Of a stretch of 64,000 nt of DNA, positions 12,967 through 26,725 are shown piece by piece. Below the pieces are notes generated by a model. That model did not search any database. It was not told the DNA's origin and saw only the letters and a program-made list of their open reading frames with translations. How positions within the stretch are numbered: position 1 is the first letter of the stretch; each line of letters starts with the position of its first letter. The stretch spans positions 7,543,135-7,607,134 of the forward strand of contig NC_057719.1 in the NCBI RefSeq assembly GCF_004010195.1, written 5' to 3'. The stretch comes from Chiloscyllium plagiosum (Eukaryota). The translations under genes and the position numbers were made by a program.

Positions 12967-13289
12967 TGGATTAGATTCCCTCCAGTGTGGAAACAGGCCA
13001 TTCGGCCAACAAGTCCATACCGACCCTTCAAAGAGTAACCCACCTAGACCCATTCCCCATATTTACCCCAGACTAATGCATCTAATGCTATGTGGTAATT
13101 TAGCATGGCCAATTCATCTGACCTGCACATTTTTGGATTGTGGGAGGAAACTGGAGCACCCAGAGGAAACCCACGCAGGCACGGGGAGAACATGCAAACT
13201 CCACACAGAGAGTTGTCCGAGGCTGGAATCAAATTTGGGTCCCTGGCGCTGTGAGGCAGCAGTGCTAACCACTAAGCCACCATGCCGCG
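12967..13289 (-). mobile_element. Full-length HE1-type SINE nested in CR1
   Basis: tRNA-like head (ggcatggtggcttagtggttagcactgctgcctcacagcgccagggac), V-domain and CR1-like tail. Confidence 0.9.
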
Positions 13290-14576
13290 CAAACATCATC
13301 TTGTATGTCTCTATTAGATCCCTCTTAGCCTTCTTCTTTCCAATGAGAACAGACCTAAGTCCCTCAGCCTTTCCTCATAAGGCCTTCGCATTGGACCAGG
13401 CAACATCCTGGTAAATCTCCTCTGCACCTTTTCCAATGCTTCCACATCCTTCCTGTAATGGGGCGACCAGAACTGTACACAATATTTCAAGTGTGGTCAC
13501 ACCAGCGTTTTATATAGTTGCAGCGTGATATTGCAGCTCCGGAACTCAATCCCTCTACGAATGAAACCTAATACTCCATATGCCTTCTTAACAGCACTAT
13601 CAACCTGGGTGGCAACTTTCAGGGATCTATGTATATCGACTCCAGGATCCCTCTGCACATCCACACTACCAAGAATCTTTCCATTGACCCAGTATTCTGC
13701 CTTCCTGTTATTCTTCCCAAAGTGCATCACTTCACATTTATCAGCATTGAACTCCATTTACCACCTCTCAGCCCAATTCTGCAGTTTATCCAAGTCCCTC
13801 TGCAACCTGTAACATTCTTCCACACTGTCCACGATTCCACCGATTTTAGTGTCATCTGCAAACCTACTAACCCATCCACCCCTGCCTGCAGCCGAGTCAT
13901 TTATAAAAATGACAAACAGCAGTGGTCCCAAAACAGATCCTTGTGGCACACCACTAGTAATTGGACTCCAGGCTGAATATTTTCCATCAACCACCACTCA
14001 TTGCCTTCTTACAGAAAGTCAGTTTCTAATCCAAACTGCTAAATCACCCTCAATTCCATGCCTCTGCATTTTCTCCATCAGACTACCATGTGGAACCTTA
14101 TCAAAGGCTTTACACAAGTCCATGTATACCACGTCAACTGCCCTACCCTCATCTACATGCTTGGTCACCTTCTCAAAAAACTCAATGAGGTTTGTGAGAC
14201 ATGACATCCCTTGACGAAACCATGTTAACTATCTCCAATCAAATTGTTGCTTACTAGATGATTATAAATTCTATCTCTTATAATCCTTTCCAAAACTTTT
14301 CCTACATCAGACGTAAGGCTCACTAGTCTATAATTACCTGGGTCATCTCTACTGCCCTTCTTGAACAAGGGCACAACATTTGCAATCCTCCAGTTCTCTG
14401 GTACTAAATTTGTAGACAATGATGACTCAAAGATCAAGGACAAAGGCTCTGCTATCTCCTCCCTAGCTTCCCAGAGAATCCTCGGATAAATCCCATCTGG
14501 CCCAGGGGACTTACTTACTTTCACACATTCTAGAATTGATAACACCTCCTCCTTACTAACCTCAATCATTGCTAGG

Positions 14577-14768
14577 TGGAGATTAGAGTCAAGATTAGAG
14601 TGGTGCTGGAAAAGCACAGCAGGTCAGACAGCATCCGAGGAACAGGAAAATTGATGTTTCGGGCAAAAGCCCTTCATCAAGAATGGGCTACTGAAGGGCT
14701 TTTGCCTGAAACATCGATTTTTCTGCTCCTCGGATGCTGCCTGACCTGCTGTGCTTTTCCAGCACCAC
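14577..14768. mobile_element. Fold-back insert of two inverted Neptune-type PLE termini
   Basis: gtggtgctggaaaagcacagcaggtcag...tttcgggcaaaagcccttca mirrored by tgaagggcttttgcctgaaac...ctgacctgctgtgcttttccagcaccac. Confidence 0.85.
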
Positions 14769-17585
14769 GTCAATCAATAGCCTGTATCTCGGACTTCTCC
14801 TCTACAATATTCTCCTTTTCCTGAGTGAAAACAAATGAAAAATATTCATTTAGCATCTCTCCAATCTCCACAGAGTCCATACACAACTTTCCACTTACAT
14901 CTTTGACTGACCCTATTCCTACCCTAGTCATCCTTTTATTCATCACATATCTATAGAAAGCTATAGGGTTCTCCTTTATTCTACCTGCTAAAGAGTGTTC
15001 ATGTCCTCTTCTTGCTCTTCTTAACTCTCTCTTTAAATCCTTCCTAGCTAATCTGTAACTCTCCATCGCCTCATCTGAACCATCTTGTCTCAACGTCACA
15101 TAAGCTTCCCTCTTCCACTTAAAAAGAGATACAATTTCTTTAGTAAACCATGGTTCCCTTACCTTATCACTTCCTCCCTGCCTGACAGGGACATACGTAT
15201 CAAGGACAGCTCCACATTTCGATTGTCCCCATCCTCAGCATTCTGCTACCCCATTCTATGCCTCCTACGTCTTGTCTAATTGCGTTATAATTGCCCTTCC
15301 CCATTTATAACTCTTGCCCTTTGGCATGTACCTATCCCTTTCCATCACTAAACTAAATTATATAACCAAATTATGATCACTCTCTCCAAAGTGATCACCT
15401 GCCACTAAATCAAACATCTGGCTTGTTACCTTATCAAGTACCAGATCCAGTGTGGCCTCCCCTCTTGTCAGCCCTTCGACATACTGTGTCAGGAAACCCA
15501 CCATCCAATGTACTAAAGTTATAGCATTTCCAGTCAATGTTGGGAAAGTTAAAGTCCCCCATAATGACCACTCAGCTCCTTTCACTCCTACCCAGAATCA
15601 TTTTGCCAATCCTCTCCTCCACATCCTGGAAATTTATAGAGGCCTATAAAAAACTCCCAACAAGTGTGACCTCTTCTCTCCTGTTTCTAACCTCAGCAGA
15701 TACCACCTCAGTAGACGAATCCTCGTCAAAAGTTCTTCCAACCATCGTTATACTGTCCTTGACTAACAAGGCCGCGCCTCCCACTCTTTTACTGCCTTCC
15801 CTGATCTTAATGAAAGATCTAAACCTACAAGGTCCATTCCTGATCCTGCTGTATCCATGTCTCTGAAATGGCCGCAACATCAAAGTCCCAGGTACCTATC
15901 CATGCTGCAAGCTCACCTATCTTATTCTGGATACTCCTGGCATTGAAGTGGACGCACTTCAAGCCAGCTTGCTGTCTGCCAGCACATTCCTGTGACCTGT
16001 CCATGTCCTCCCTACTCACATCCTCCTGTGTACTGGAACTACACCGCAGGCTCCCATCCCCCTGCTGAGCTAGTTTAAACCCACCTGAATAGCACCAGCA
16101 AATTTCCCACCCAGGATACTTGTACCCCTCTGGTTCAAGTGAAGACCGCCCTGTTTGTAGAGATCTCACCTTCCACAGAATGAGCCCAATTATCCAAGTA
16201 CCTGAAATCCTCCCTCCTGCACCATCCTTGCAGCCACGTGTTCAGCTGATATCTCTCCCTATTCATTGCCTCACTATCACGTGGCACGGATAACAAACCA
16301 GAAATAACAACTCTGTTTGTTCTCGCTCTCAGCTTCCACCCTAGCTCCCTGAAACCCCTGCCTTACATCCCTATCCCTCTTTCTAACTACATTGTTGGTC
16401 CCTACATGGACCACGACTTGAGGCTGGTCATCTTCTCCCTTCAGAATCCCAAAGACACGATCTGAGACATCACGGACCCTGGCACCTGGGAGACAGCACA
16501 CCAACCGTGAGTCTCATTTGTTCCCAACAAACCTTCTATCTGACTCTCTAATTGTTGAGTCCCCAATGTCTAAACTCTCCTCCTTTACCCCTTTCCCTTC
16601 TGTGTAATAGGGGCAGACTCTGTGCCAGAGACTTGCCCCCCTATGCATGCCCCTGGTAAGTCGTTCCCCCCCAACAGTATCCAAAATGGTACAGCTGTTT
16701 TTCAGGGGAATGCCCACAGGGAATCCCTGCACTGACTGTTTTCTCCCCTTCAAACAGTTACCAGCTTCCTTGTAGCTCTTACCTACCACAGCCTCTGCCT
16801 CATGAATGATCCGAAGTTCATCCAGCTCCCGCTCCAGTTCCCTAATATAGTCTTGGAGGAGCGAGAGTTGAGTGCATTTCCTGCAGATGTGCTTGAATGG
16901 CATCCCTCACCTCAAACATCGTGCAGGAACATTCCTCTTCCTGCACTGCCATCCCTGCTCATCCTCTTATCATAAAGTAAAGAAAGAAGAGAAGCTTACT
17001 TGATGTGTTCCTGGTGTTTAAGGCTAGAGGAGGTGGATGGGTGGGAGGCCCTACAGGGCCACTCACTTATACAGCTGTGGGGTAAAAAAAACGTTCCTCC
17101 GTTCCCACAAACCTCTGCTCTCCGAGGTAAGCTTTTAAATATTTAAATTAGTGACTCACATTTCCCAACAGGCCCCAGTCCAAGCTCCCACTCTTCCTGC
17201 AGCTGAAAACAGAAATATGTTGATTGTAATCTTCCAAAATTCCCCAGACTCTGTCTGTATCTCTGAAACTGAATGGATCACTGTGAACCTGGCATTGTCA
17301 TTCAGTGCAAAAACTTGGGCAGCATCAAGAAAAGAGGAACAGCACTAGATACATAGGAACATAGGAACAGGAGAAGGCCATTCAACCCCTCAAAACTGTT
17401 TCATCATTCAATTAGATCATGGCTGATCTATGGCCTAACTATATGTACCTACTTTTGGCCCATATCACTTAATACCTTTGCTTAACAAAAATGTATTTAT
17501 TTCAGATTTAAAATTAACAAATAAACTCGCATCAACCACCTTTTGTGGAAGACAGTTCCAAACATCTACCATTCTTTTTGAGTAG

Positions 17586-18670
17586 AATGGAATACAGGGA
17601 GAACTAGCCATTTGGATACAAAACTGGCTTGAAGGTAGAAGACAGACGGTGGTGGTGGAGGGTTGTCTTTCAGACTGGAGGCCTGTGACCAGTGGTGTGC
17701 CACAAGGATCGGTGCTGGGTCCACTGCTTTTCGCCATTTATATAAACAAATTGGATGTGAACAAAAGAAGTATAGTTACTAAGTTTGCAGATGACATTAA
17801 AATTGCAGGTGTAGTGGACAGCGAAGAAGATTACCTCAGAGTACAATGGGATCTTGATCAGATTGGCCAATAGGCTGAGGAGTGGCAGATTAAGTTTAAT
17901 TTTGAAAAGCAAATCAAAGCAGGACTTATATACTTAATGGTAAGGTCCTAGGGAGTGTTGCTAACAAAGAGGCCTTGGGGTGCAGGTTCATAGCTCCTTG
18001 AAATTAGAGTTGCAGGTAGATAGGATAGTGAAGAAGGTGTTTAGTACACTTTCCTTTACTGGTCAGAGCATTGAGTATAGAATTGGGAGGTCATGTTGAT
18101 GCTGTACAGGACATTGGTTAGGCCACTTTTGGAATACTGTGTGAAAATCTGGTCTCCTTCCTATCAGAAGGATGTTGTGAAACATGAAAGGGTTCAGAAA
18201 AGATTTACAAGGATGTTGCCAGAGTTGGAGGATTTGAGCTACAGGGAGAGGTTGAATAGGCTGGGGCTGTTTTCCATGTAGCATCAGAGGCTGAGGGGTG
18301 ACCTTATAGAGGTTCACAAAATTATGAGGGGCATAGATAGGATAAATCGACAAAGTCTTTTCCCTGGGGTGAGCGAGTTCAGAACTAGAGGGCATAGATT
18401 TAGGGTGAGAGGGGAAAGATATAAAAGGAACCTAAGGAGCAACTTTTCCAAACAGAGGGTGGTGCATGTGTGGAATATGCTGCCAGAAGAAGTGGTAGAG
18501 GCTGGTAACAATTGCAGCATTTAAAAGGCATCTGAATGGGTGTGTGAATAGGAAGGATTTAGAGGGATAGAAAATGGGACTAGATTAGGTTAGGATATCT
18601 GGTCAGCATGGATGAGTTGGACTGAAGGGTCTGTTTTTGTGCTGTACATCTCTATGACTCTGTGACTCTA
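17586..18670 (+). mobile_element. 5'-truncated CR1 inserted in an older minus-strand CR1 3' fragment (17350-17585 and 18671-19010)
   Basis: [31 protein letters not shown]; tail ctctatgactctgtgactct; the host sequence resumes afterwards. Confidence 0.85.
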
Positions 18671-19139
18671 AGTGCTTCCTAACATCTCTCCTGAATGGAT
18701 GGACCCTAATTTTCAGACTGTGCATCCTAGTTCTAGAATTCCCAACCAGTGGAAATACTTTATCTTTATCTGCCTTGTCTTTTACTGTTAATATCTTGAA
18801 GACTTCGATCAGATTATCCCTTAACCTTCTAAATTCAAGAGGAAATGGGTCTAATTTGTGTAATCTCTCCTCATAATATTACCTCTGATATCCAGGTATC
18901 ATTTTTGTAAACCTACATGGTAGTTCCTCCAAGACTAATATATTGTTCATCAGGTCTGATACCCAGATTTGTTCACTGTCCTCCAAGTTGAATCTAACCA
19001 GAGTTTTGTATGACCAAGAGATGTGAATGCTTAGATGGGCATCTGAAGTAACAAGAAATAAAAAGATCGGGGACTGGTGAAGATTGTTGGGACATTGAAG
19101 ATTGTAACCCAAAAGGAGATTGGAGTAGGCGATTCATTG

Positions 19140-19752
19140 GTTGTGGTGCTGGAAAAGCACAGCTGGTCAGGCAGCATCTGAGGAGTAGGAGAATCAACGT
19201 TTCGGGCAAAAACCCTTCATCAGGAATGAGGCTGTGAGCTGAGGGAGTGGTGAGATTAATGGGAGGAGGGTGGGACTGGGGGAAAGGTAGCTGAGAGTGC
19301 GATAGGTGGATGGAGATGGGTGTAATGGTGCTAGGTCAGAGAGGAGAGTGGAATGGATAGGTGGGAAGGAAGATGGGAGAAAGTGAGGACTGCAGATGCT
19401 GGAGATCAGAGTCAAGAGTGTGTTGCTGGAAAAGCACAGCAGGTCAGGCAGCATCCATGGAGCAGGAGAATTGATGTTTCGGGCTAGAGCCCTTCATCAG
19501 GAATTCCCTTGGGTGACTGGGAAGGAAGATTGACAGGTAGGACAGGTCATGAGGGTAGTCCGGGAGTTGAAGGTTGGAACAGGGAGAAGGTGGGGGGAGG
19601 GGAAATTAGGAAACTGGTGAAATCCACATTGATGCCGTGGGGTTGGAGAGTCCTGAGGTGCCTGCTCCTCGGATGCTGACTGACCTGCTGTGCCTTTCCA
19701 GCACCACACTCTCGACTCAAATCTCCAGCATCTGCAGTGCATACTTTCACCT
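19140..19752. mobile_element. Composite of nested and inverted Neptune-type PLE 3' ends
   Basis: Three copies of the tgctggaaaagcacagc terminus. Minus-strand hammerhead motifs lie at 19196-19224 and 19473-19501. Peptide TLQPHGINVDFTSF matches the GIY-YIG ORF end at 33312-33430. Confidence 0.85.
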
Positions 19753-19906
19753 ATTCATTTGTTGTGGAGAGTGAGAGTGTATGTGTTTGGATGATCTGGA
19801 AGAAGGGAAAGATGGAGGCCTTCATTGGACAGAAAGACCTGATGGCAAGAGACGTAAAGACACAAGGACTGCAGACATGAGAACAGAAGGGGGACATGGT
19901 GGGGAA

Positions 19907-20228
19907 CACGGTGGCTCAGTGGTTAGCACTGCTGTCATGCAGCGCCAGGGGCCCAGGTTTGATTCCCACCTCGGGCGACTGTTTGTGTGGAGTTTGCACA
20001 TTCTCCCCATGTCTGTGTGAGTTTCCTCCGGGTGCTCTGGTTTCTTCCCACACTCCAAAGATGTGCAGGTCAGGTGCATTGGCCATGCTAAATTGCCCAT
20101 AGTGTTCAGGGATGTGTAGTCGGGTAAATATAGGATAGGGGGAATAGGTCTCAGCGGGTTACTTTTCAGAGCGTCGGTGTGGACTTGTTAGGGCCGAAGG
20201 GCCTGTTTCCACACTGTAGGGATTCTAA
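19907..20228 (+). mobile_element. Full-length HE1-type SINE
   Basis: A-box tggctcagtggttagc, B-box ggtttgattccc, V-domain and CR1-like tail. Confidence 0.9.
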
Positions 20229-20512
20229 GCTCGAAGGTGGAGATGAACCAGCATTGTAAGAATCCCCAAGTACAAGGGAGAGGCTGAAAGAGGAAGAATG
20301 ATGTGGGTTGACCATTATCCAGCAGTTTCACAATGACCTTTCCCACCATCTGGAAAGGAAGTATGTGCAAGGAAAAAGGTTGAAGAGTGGAATTAGGTGA
20401 ATTACATCTTCAGAGGGCCAACACGATAAACTGAGTGGTCTCTTTCTGTAATTACTGATTCTGTTTTTTTCCAGATTAAATCAATCAAATGTAAATTCCC
20501 CGGCTGACTTAA

Positions 20513-20930
20513 AGTCATAGAGATGTACAGAATGTAAACAGGCCCTTTGGTACAACCCATCCATACCGACCAGATATCCCAACCCAATCTAGTCCCACCT
20601 GCCAGCACCCGGCCCATATCCCTCCAAACCCTTCCTATTCATATATCAATCAAATGCCTCTTAAATGTTGCAATTGTACCAGCCTTTACCACTTCCTCTG
20701 GCAGCTCATTCCATACACGTACCACCCTCTGCTTGAAAACGTTGCCCCTTAGGTCTCTTTTATATCTTTCCCCTCTCACCCTAAACCTATGCCCTCTAGT
20801 TCTAGACTCCCCGACCCCAGGTAAAAGACTTTGCCTACTTATCCTATCCATGCCCCTCATAATTTTGTAAACCTCTATAAGGTCACCCCATCAGCCTCTG
20901 CCACTCCAGGGAAAACAGCCCCAGCCTGAA
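20513..20930 (-). mobile_element. CR1 3' fragment
   Basis: RTRGHRFRVRGERYKRDLRGNVFKQRVVRVWNELP. Confidence 0.85.
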
Positions 20931-21934
20931 CCTATATCACCTGGATCATTCATACAGATCGTCGACTGACTAGTCCAGTGACATTGTGACTGTACTTTGA
21001 ATAATATCTGAAAAAATTAATTCAGGGCATCAGCTTAGTGTCTCATCTGAAAGGTAGTACATCCAATATTGCAGCTTCTCAGGACATTGCTCTATTTTTC
21101 TACAAATGCTGTGCCATTTTTTAAGCTTCCTAGCACCTATTTATCAGTGAGAAAGGTTTCCAGCTCTAGCTCTGTCATGGTTTACCAACACTCTCCCACA
21201 GGCACAAATTGCCATCTGCTTGTTGACTGTTGATAAATCTCTCCTGAGAGAATGCGCTGTGGATCTAGTGCTGACAGAGATTGGCAGCTGTGATAAGCCT
21301 TTTGCTGGTGTTTGTGATCAAGGGATGTGGCCTAGAGCCACCTTGTCCTCGTGGCATCTTTATTTTTATCTGATCTCTATCCAAGCCAGCAGATGTCAGA
21401 ACAAAGTGTTGCAAACTACGACAAATGATTAAAAAACATACTTGATCGCAGTCTTGGAGTAATGTGTCTGTCACAGTTCATTGGGTAGCACTGTGGTCTC
21501 TGAGTCAGAATGGGCTGGTTTCAAGTCCCCCACTCTAGAGAATAGAACAGACATTCTACACTGTGTTTCGGAGACTCAGACTACCTGCCACACTGGAGAA
21601 ACAGCAGCAGCCATTGCCTTCGCTAGACCCTCTGAATCCGGGAGTACATAATGTGGGCCAACATTGATGTCACCTCTGCCAAACCAAGCTGCCCCAGCGA
21701 TGAAACCCCGCTGAACTTTCTACGCCTGACAGCCGTATCCTGAGGCAACTAATCCAAAAATGGGAATTTCTCGAGAAACTCAGCAGGTCTGGCACCATCT
21801 GTGGAGTGAAAGCAGAGTTAATATTGACCCTTCTTCAGATGACTGGACTCGAAACATTAACGATGTTTTTCTCTCCCAACAGATGCTGCCAGACGTGCTG
21901 AATTTCTCAAGCAATTCCTGTTTTTAAGAAGAAA

Positions 21935-23480
21935 GAACATTGCAGTACAGGAAGAGGCCTTTTGGCCCATCAAGACAGTGCTGACCCATGATGCCTTTCT
22001 AAACTGAAAACCTTTTGCCTCTCCGTGGTTAGTATCCTTCTATTTCCTGCCTATTCGTATACCTGTCAAGATGACTCTGAAATTGCTGTTGTGTGTACCT
22101 CTACAACCTCCTCTGGCAGCATATTCCAAGCACTTATCACCTTCTGTGTAAAAAGCCTGCCTCTCACATCTCCTTTAAACTTTTGCCCTTTTTGCCTTAA
22201 ACCTATGTCCCCCAATCATTGACATTTCTAGCCTGGGCAAAAAAGATTCTGACTCTCCATTCTATCCATGCCTCTAATAATTTTGTAGACTTCAATTAGG
22301 TTCCCCCTCAGCATGTGAAAAGTGAAAATAAACCAAATTTGTCCAATCTCTTCTCATAGCTAATGCCCTCCAAACCAGGCAATATCCTGGTAATCATTTC
22401 TGCACCCTCTCTAAAACCAGAACTGTACACAATATTCCAAACATAGCCTTAAATTCTATACTGCTGCAACATAACTTGCCAATTTTTATATTTAATGCCC
22501 CAACTAATGAAGGCAAGCATGCCATACGTCTCCTTGGCCAGCTTATCCACTTGTGTTGTCACTTTCAGGGAACTGTGGACTTGTACGCCCAGATCCCTCT
22601 GTATGTTGATGCCATTAAGGGTTCTGCCGTTTACTGTATATATCCCTGCTGCATTAAACCTTCCAAAATGCATCACTTCATATTTGTCTGGATTAAATTC
22701 CATCTGCCATTTGCCCACCCAAGTCTTCAGCCTACCAATTCCTGCTGTATCCATTGGTAATTCTCCTCACTATCCACAGCTCCCCAATCTTTGTGATCTC
22801 TTCAAACTTACTAATCAGACCACCTAGACTCTCCTCTTTATCATATATACATTATATATATTACAAACAATATGGGTCCCTGCACTGAACCCTGTGGAAC
22901 ACCACTAGTTCAGAAAATCACCCTTCTACCACTGCTCTATGTCTTCTGTGACCAAGCCAGTTCTGTATCCATCTTACCAGCTCACTATGGATCTCATGTG
23001 ACTTCACCTTTTGTATCTGCTATGAGGAACCTTGTCAAAGGTCTTGCAAAAATCCATGTAGACAACACCTCCTGCCCTGCCCTTATCAATCATCTTTGTC
23101 ACTTCTTCAAAAAACTCAATCAAGTTTGTGAGACACAGCATCCCCCGCATAAAGCCATGCTGCCTATCGCTACTGAGTCCATAATTATCTGAATGTGGAT
23201 AAATCCGGTTCCTAAGAATTTTCTCCAATAATTTCCCTACTATTGACATAAGGCTCACTGGCCTATAATTTCCCAGATTATCCCTGTTGCCCTTCTTAAA
23301 CAAAGGAACAACAGTGACTATTTTTCTGTCCTCTGGGGCTGTCCTGTGACTAAAGAGGATAGAAAGATTTTGTACAAGATCCCAACAATTTCCTCACCTG
23401 CCTCCCTCAGCATTCTGGAGTAGATTTCACCAGGTCCTGGGGACTTGTCTACCTTGCTTCTTTTCAAAACACCCAGCACT
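21935..23480 (-). mobile_element. CR1 ORF2 RT to 3' end, decayed
   Basis: FKKGNRDNLGNYRPVSL, QHGFMRG, WQMEFNPDK. Confidence 0.88.
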
Positions 23481-23539
23481 GGACTCCTTTTTTATATTGC
23501 CATGCCCTGTTTTAATTTCTTGCTCCATTTGGTCCTCCC

Positions 23540-23835
23540 AGGTTAGTGGAAATGTTTTAGTGAGGATCTCAAGGCATCCCTGAAGCGATCAAGCATCCCT
23601 TCCAGCTCGTTGAAGTCCTTGGCCTGTGACCAACCAGGTCAGATTGCTCTAGAAGGCACCAAACACAGCAAGAGACATGGTCAGGGTCATAAGGAGATAA
23701 AGTATTGGAGGGAGTATATAATTATCCAAATACCTCACCCGTCCAACCCATCAGCTGCCCCACTTGTGACAAAGTCTGCCAATGATACAGTGGACATCTC
23801 TGCCATCCATTAATCCAGAGTGAACACAAGTTGTC
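23540..23835 (+). mobile_element. Probable RTE-clade LINE 3' remnant
   Basis: Degenerate DLKASLK...LACD and a terminal CPTCDKVC-like motif. A second RTE-like remnant (LYNSETW) lies at about 61855-62165. Confidence 0.45.
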
Positions 23836-25664
23836 TCATTTCAATGGGTCTGTCTAAGAATGGCGAGTAGGCCATCTAGCTCATCACATCCATTCTATTC
23901 TCCATAGGCAAATCAGTCAATCCCACTCCTCACCTTAACCCTATAATTCACTAGTGCTTATCCAAATTACTGTTTAAAATAATTCGTCATCTCTGTATCC
24001 TCTGATATTGGAGGCAGTGAGTTGCAGGTTATTCCCACTTGCTGTATGGAAACATTCTTCCTCACTTTTCATTTTGTACCTTATCGAAATCCAACACAAC
24101 TTTGTACATAATTTGAAATAAGGAGTAGGAGGACATGTGAGGAAATTTCTTTTCACTTGGAGGTTAATGGGAGTCTGGAACTCACTGCCTGTAAGGGCGG
24201 TAAGAGGCAGAAACTCTCACAACCTTTAAGAAGTTTAGATGCAAAATGTGATGCTAAAGCCATACAAGGCTATGGGCCACTGTGGAAAATGGGATTAGTT
24301 TAGTGGTTGTTTCTGACAGGTGTTGACTCAATGGGCTGAAGGGTCTCCTTCTGTGCTGTGGACCTCTATGACTGAGTCATATCTCCCCTCAATATGCTTT
24401 GGTCCAAGAAGAACAATCCCAGATTCACTAATCTAAACCTGTAAGTGAAGTTTCTCATCATTGAAACCATTCTGGTAAATCCTATCTAAACTTTCATAGT
24501 CACGAGCAACACCCCACTCCCTCTGCCCCATCCCCTCTCCCCTCCCAGGCTATAGTGTTTAAAAGCAGATATTTCAATGGGAGAGGTGGGACAGGTGGGG
24601 TAGGAGAGGTTGGTGAGGGTTAACTGGTGAACCTTGAGGTGTTAGGGGTGCAAGGCTTCCCACCAGAGACAACATCTGTGAAAAAAAACAGACAGAATAA
24701 ATCTGAGGCAAAATGCATCCTGGGGGGAGGTCTGACGCAGGACATGGGAAAAAATGCTAAATAACAGGACAGTCACATCGATGCTTAATCACCTTGGAAT
24801 GGGTAGGCCTGTCTGCCTCCAGTCTGACCTCATGTCAAAATGACCAGGAGGTAGATTGGAGATGGGGAATTTGTGCACAGTATTTTCAAACCTAGTGCTT
24901 ACAAGGAATAGCAGCAGTTGTGGGTCTTTGGCTCTTAGATCCTGCTCCACTATTCCGTATGATTGTGGCTCATTGTAAGGCCAGATGAGTGCATAATGTT
25001 CAGTGTCAGACTCCTCAGACACTGAAGTAATTTGTGTCCAATTACAGGAAGATGCAAACAACATTCAGACTCGGGCTGCTAAGTAACATTCCAAACAAGT
25101 GCCAGACAGTGACCATCACCAACAAGAGAGAACCTAACTGTTGCCTCATGATATCCAATGCCATAGCTATCACTGAATCTCACACTATCAATATCCTGTG
25201 GGTTACCATTCACCAAACTCTGAACTGGACTTGTCATATAAATACTGCGGCAGTGAGAGCAGGTCAGAGACTAGGAATTCTGGGACAAGACACATCTCCT
25301 GACTCCTTGAAGTCTGCTTTGCTTTAATCCATTCATGGATGTGGACATCATTGGCTGAAGCAACGTTTTTGGACCATCCACAGTTGCCTTTGAGAAGTCA
25401 TCATCAATTGCCTTCTTGAACTGATGCAGTACATTTGGTGTAAGTACAATTCTGATGAGGGAGGGTATTCCAGATTTTGATCCAATACCATTGAAGATGG
25501 TGGATGGTACGCACTGCCACTGAAGTCCCAATTCTGAAGAAAGGTCATTAAACCCGAAATGTTGACTCTGCTTTATCTCATCAGATGCTGCCAGACCTGC
25601 TAAGTGTCTCCAGCAATTCCTGTTTCTGTTTCAGATTTCCAGTTTTTTTTTAGTGTCGTGGAGG

Positions 25665-26725
25665 CATAGAGTCATAGAGCCATGGAGTAATAGAGATGTA
25701 CAGCACAGAAACAGACCCTTCAGTCCAACCCGTCCATGCCAACCAGATATCCCAATCCAATCTAGTCCTATCTGCCAGCTCCCGGCCCATATCCCTCCAA
25801 ACCCTTCCTATTCATATACCCATCCAAATGCCTCATAAATGTTGCAATTGTACCAGCCTCCACCACATCCTCTGGCAGCTCATTCCATACACATACCACA
25901 CTCTGTGTGAAAAAGTTGCCCCTTAGGTCTCTTTTATATCTTTCCCCTCTCACCCTAAACCTAAGCCCTCTAGTTCTGGACTCCCTGACCCCAGGGAAAA
26001 GACTTTGCCTTTTTATCCTATCCATGCCCCTCATAATTTTGTAAACCTCTATAAGCTCACCCCTCAGCCTCCGACACTCCAGGGAAAACAGCCCCAGCCT
26101 GTTCAGCCTCTCCCTATAGCTCAAATCCTCCAACCCTGGCAACATCCTTGTAAAGTTGTACACTCAAACAGCACGGAAGCAGACCCTTTGATCCAACAAG
26201 TGACCATATTCCCAAACTAAACTAGCCCCACCTGCCGGCATTTGGCCTATATCCCTCCAAACAGTTCCTATTCATGAATGTATCCAAATGACTTTTAAAC
26301 GTTATAACTGTACCTGCATCAACCACTTTCTCTGGCAGTTCAATCCGCACATAAACCATTCTCTGTGTAAAAAGGTTGCCCCTCATGTATTTTTAAAATA
26401 TTTCTTCTCTCACCTTGAAAATATACCCCCTAGTTTTGAACTCCCCCATCCGAGGGAAAAGACCTTTGTCATTTATCTTATCTATGCCCCTCATGATCTC
26501 ATAAACCTCAGTAAGGCTAACCCTCAAACTCCTATGCTCCAGTGAAAAAAAGTCCCAGCCTATCCAGTCTATTTTTATATCTCAAACCCTCTATTCTTGG
26601 CAACATCCTGGTAAATCTTTTTTGAACCCTCTCCAGTTTAATAATATCCTTCCTATATTAGGGCGAGTAGAACTGCACACAGTACTCCAGAAGAGGCCTC
26701 ACCAACATCCTGTATAACCTCAAAA
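25665..26725 (-). mobile_element. Two adjacent CR1 3' fragments
   Basis: FTRMLPGLEDLSYRERLNRLGLFSLE...NFFTQSVVCVWNELP. Confidence 0.85.

Larger units (their letters stand above)
12640..17205 (-). mobile_element. Near-full-length decayed CR1 LINE (ORF1 zinc finger/leucine zipper and esterase; ORF2 APE and RT)
   Basis: ORF1: CRKCTQLSLLQDYIRELERELDEL, IGDS, VCCLPGARVRDV, VVVHVGTNN. ORF2: [50 protein letters not shown]. Tail is (ttctatg)n. HE1 and PLE inserts are nested; many frameshifts. Confidence 0.92.

Noticed and set aside
19907..19975. tRNA-like A and B boxes (also near 13220-13289, 40810-40877 and 54817)
   Set aside because: These are SINE heads that continue into V-domain and LINE tails, not tRNA genes.
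24510..24660. C-rich then G-rich tracts (possible G4 or hairpin); similar C runs at about 37590 and 43060
   Set aside because: Low-complexity sequence without consistent pairing or supporting context.
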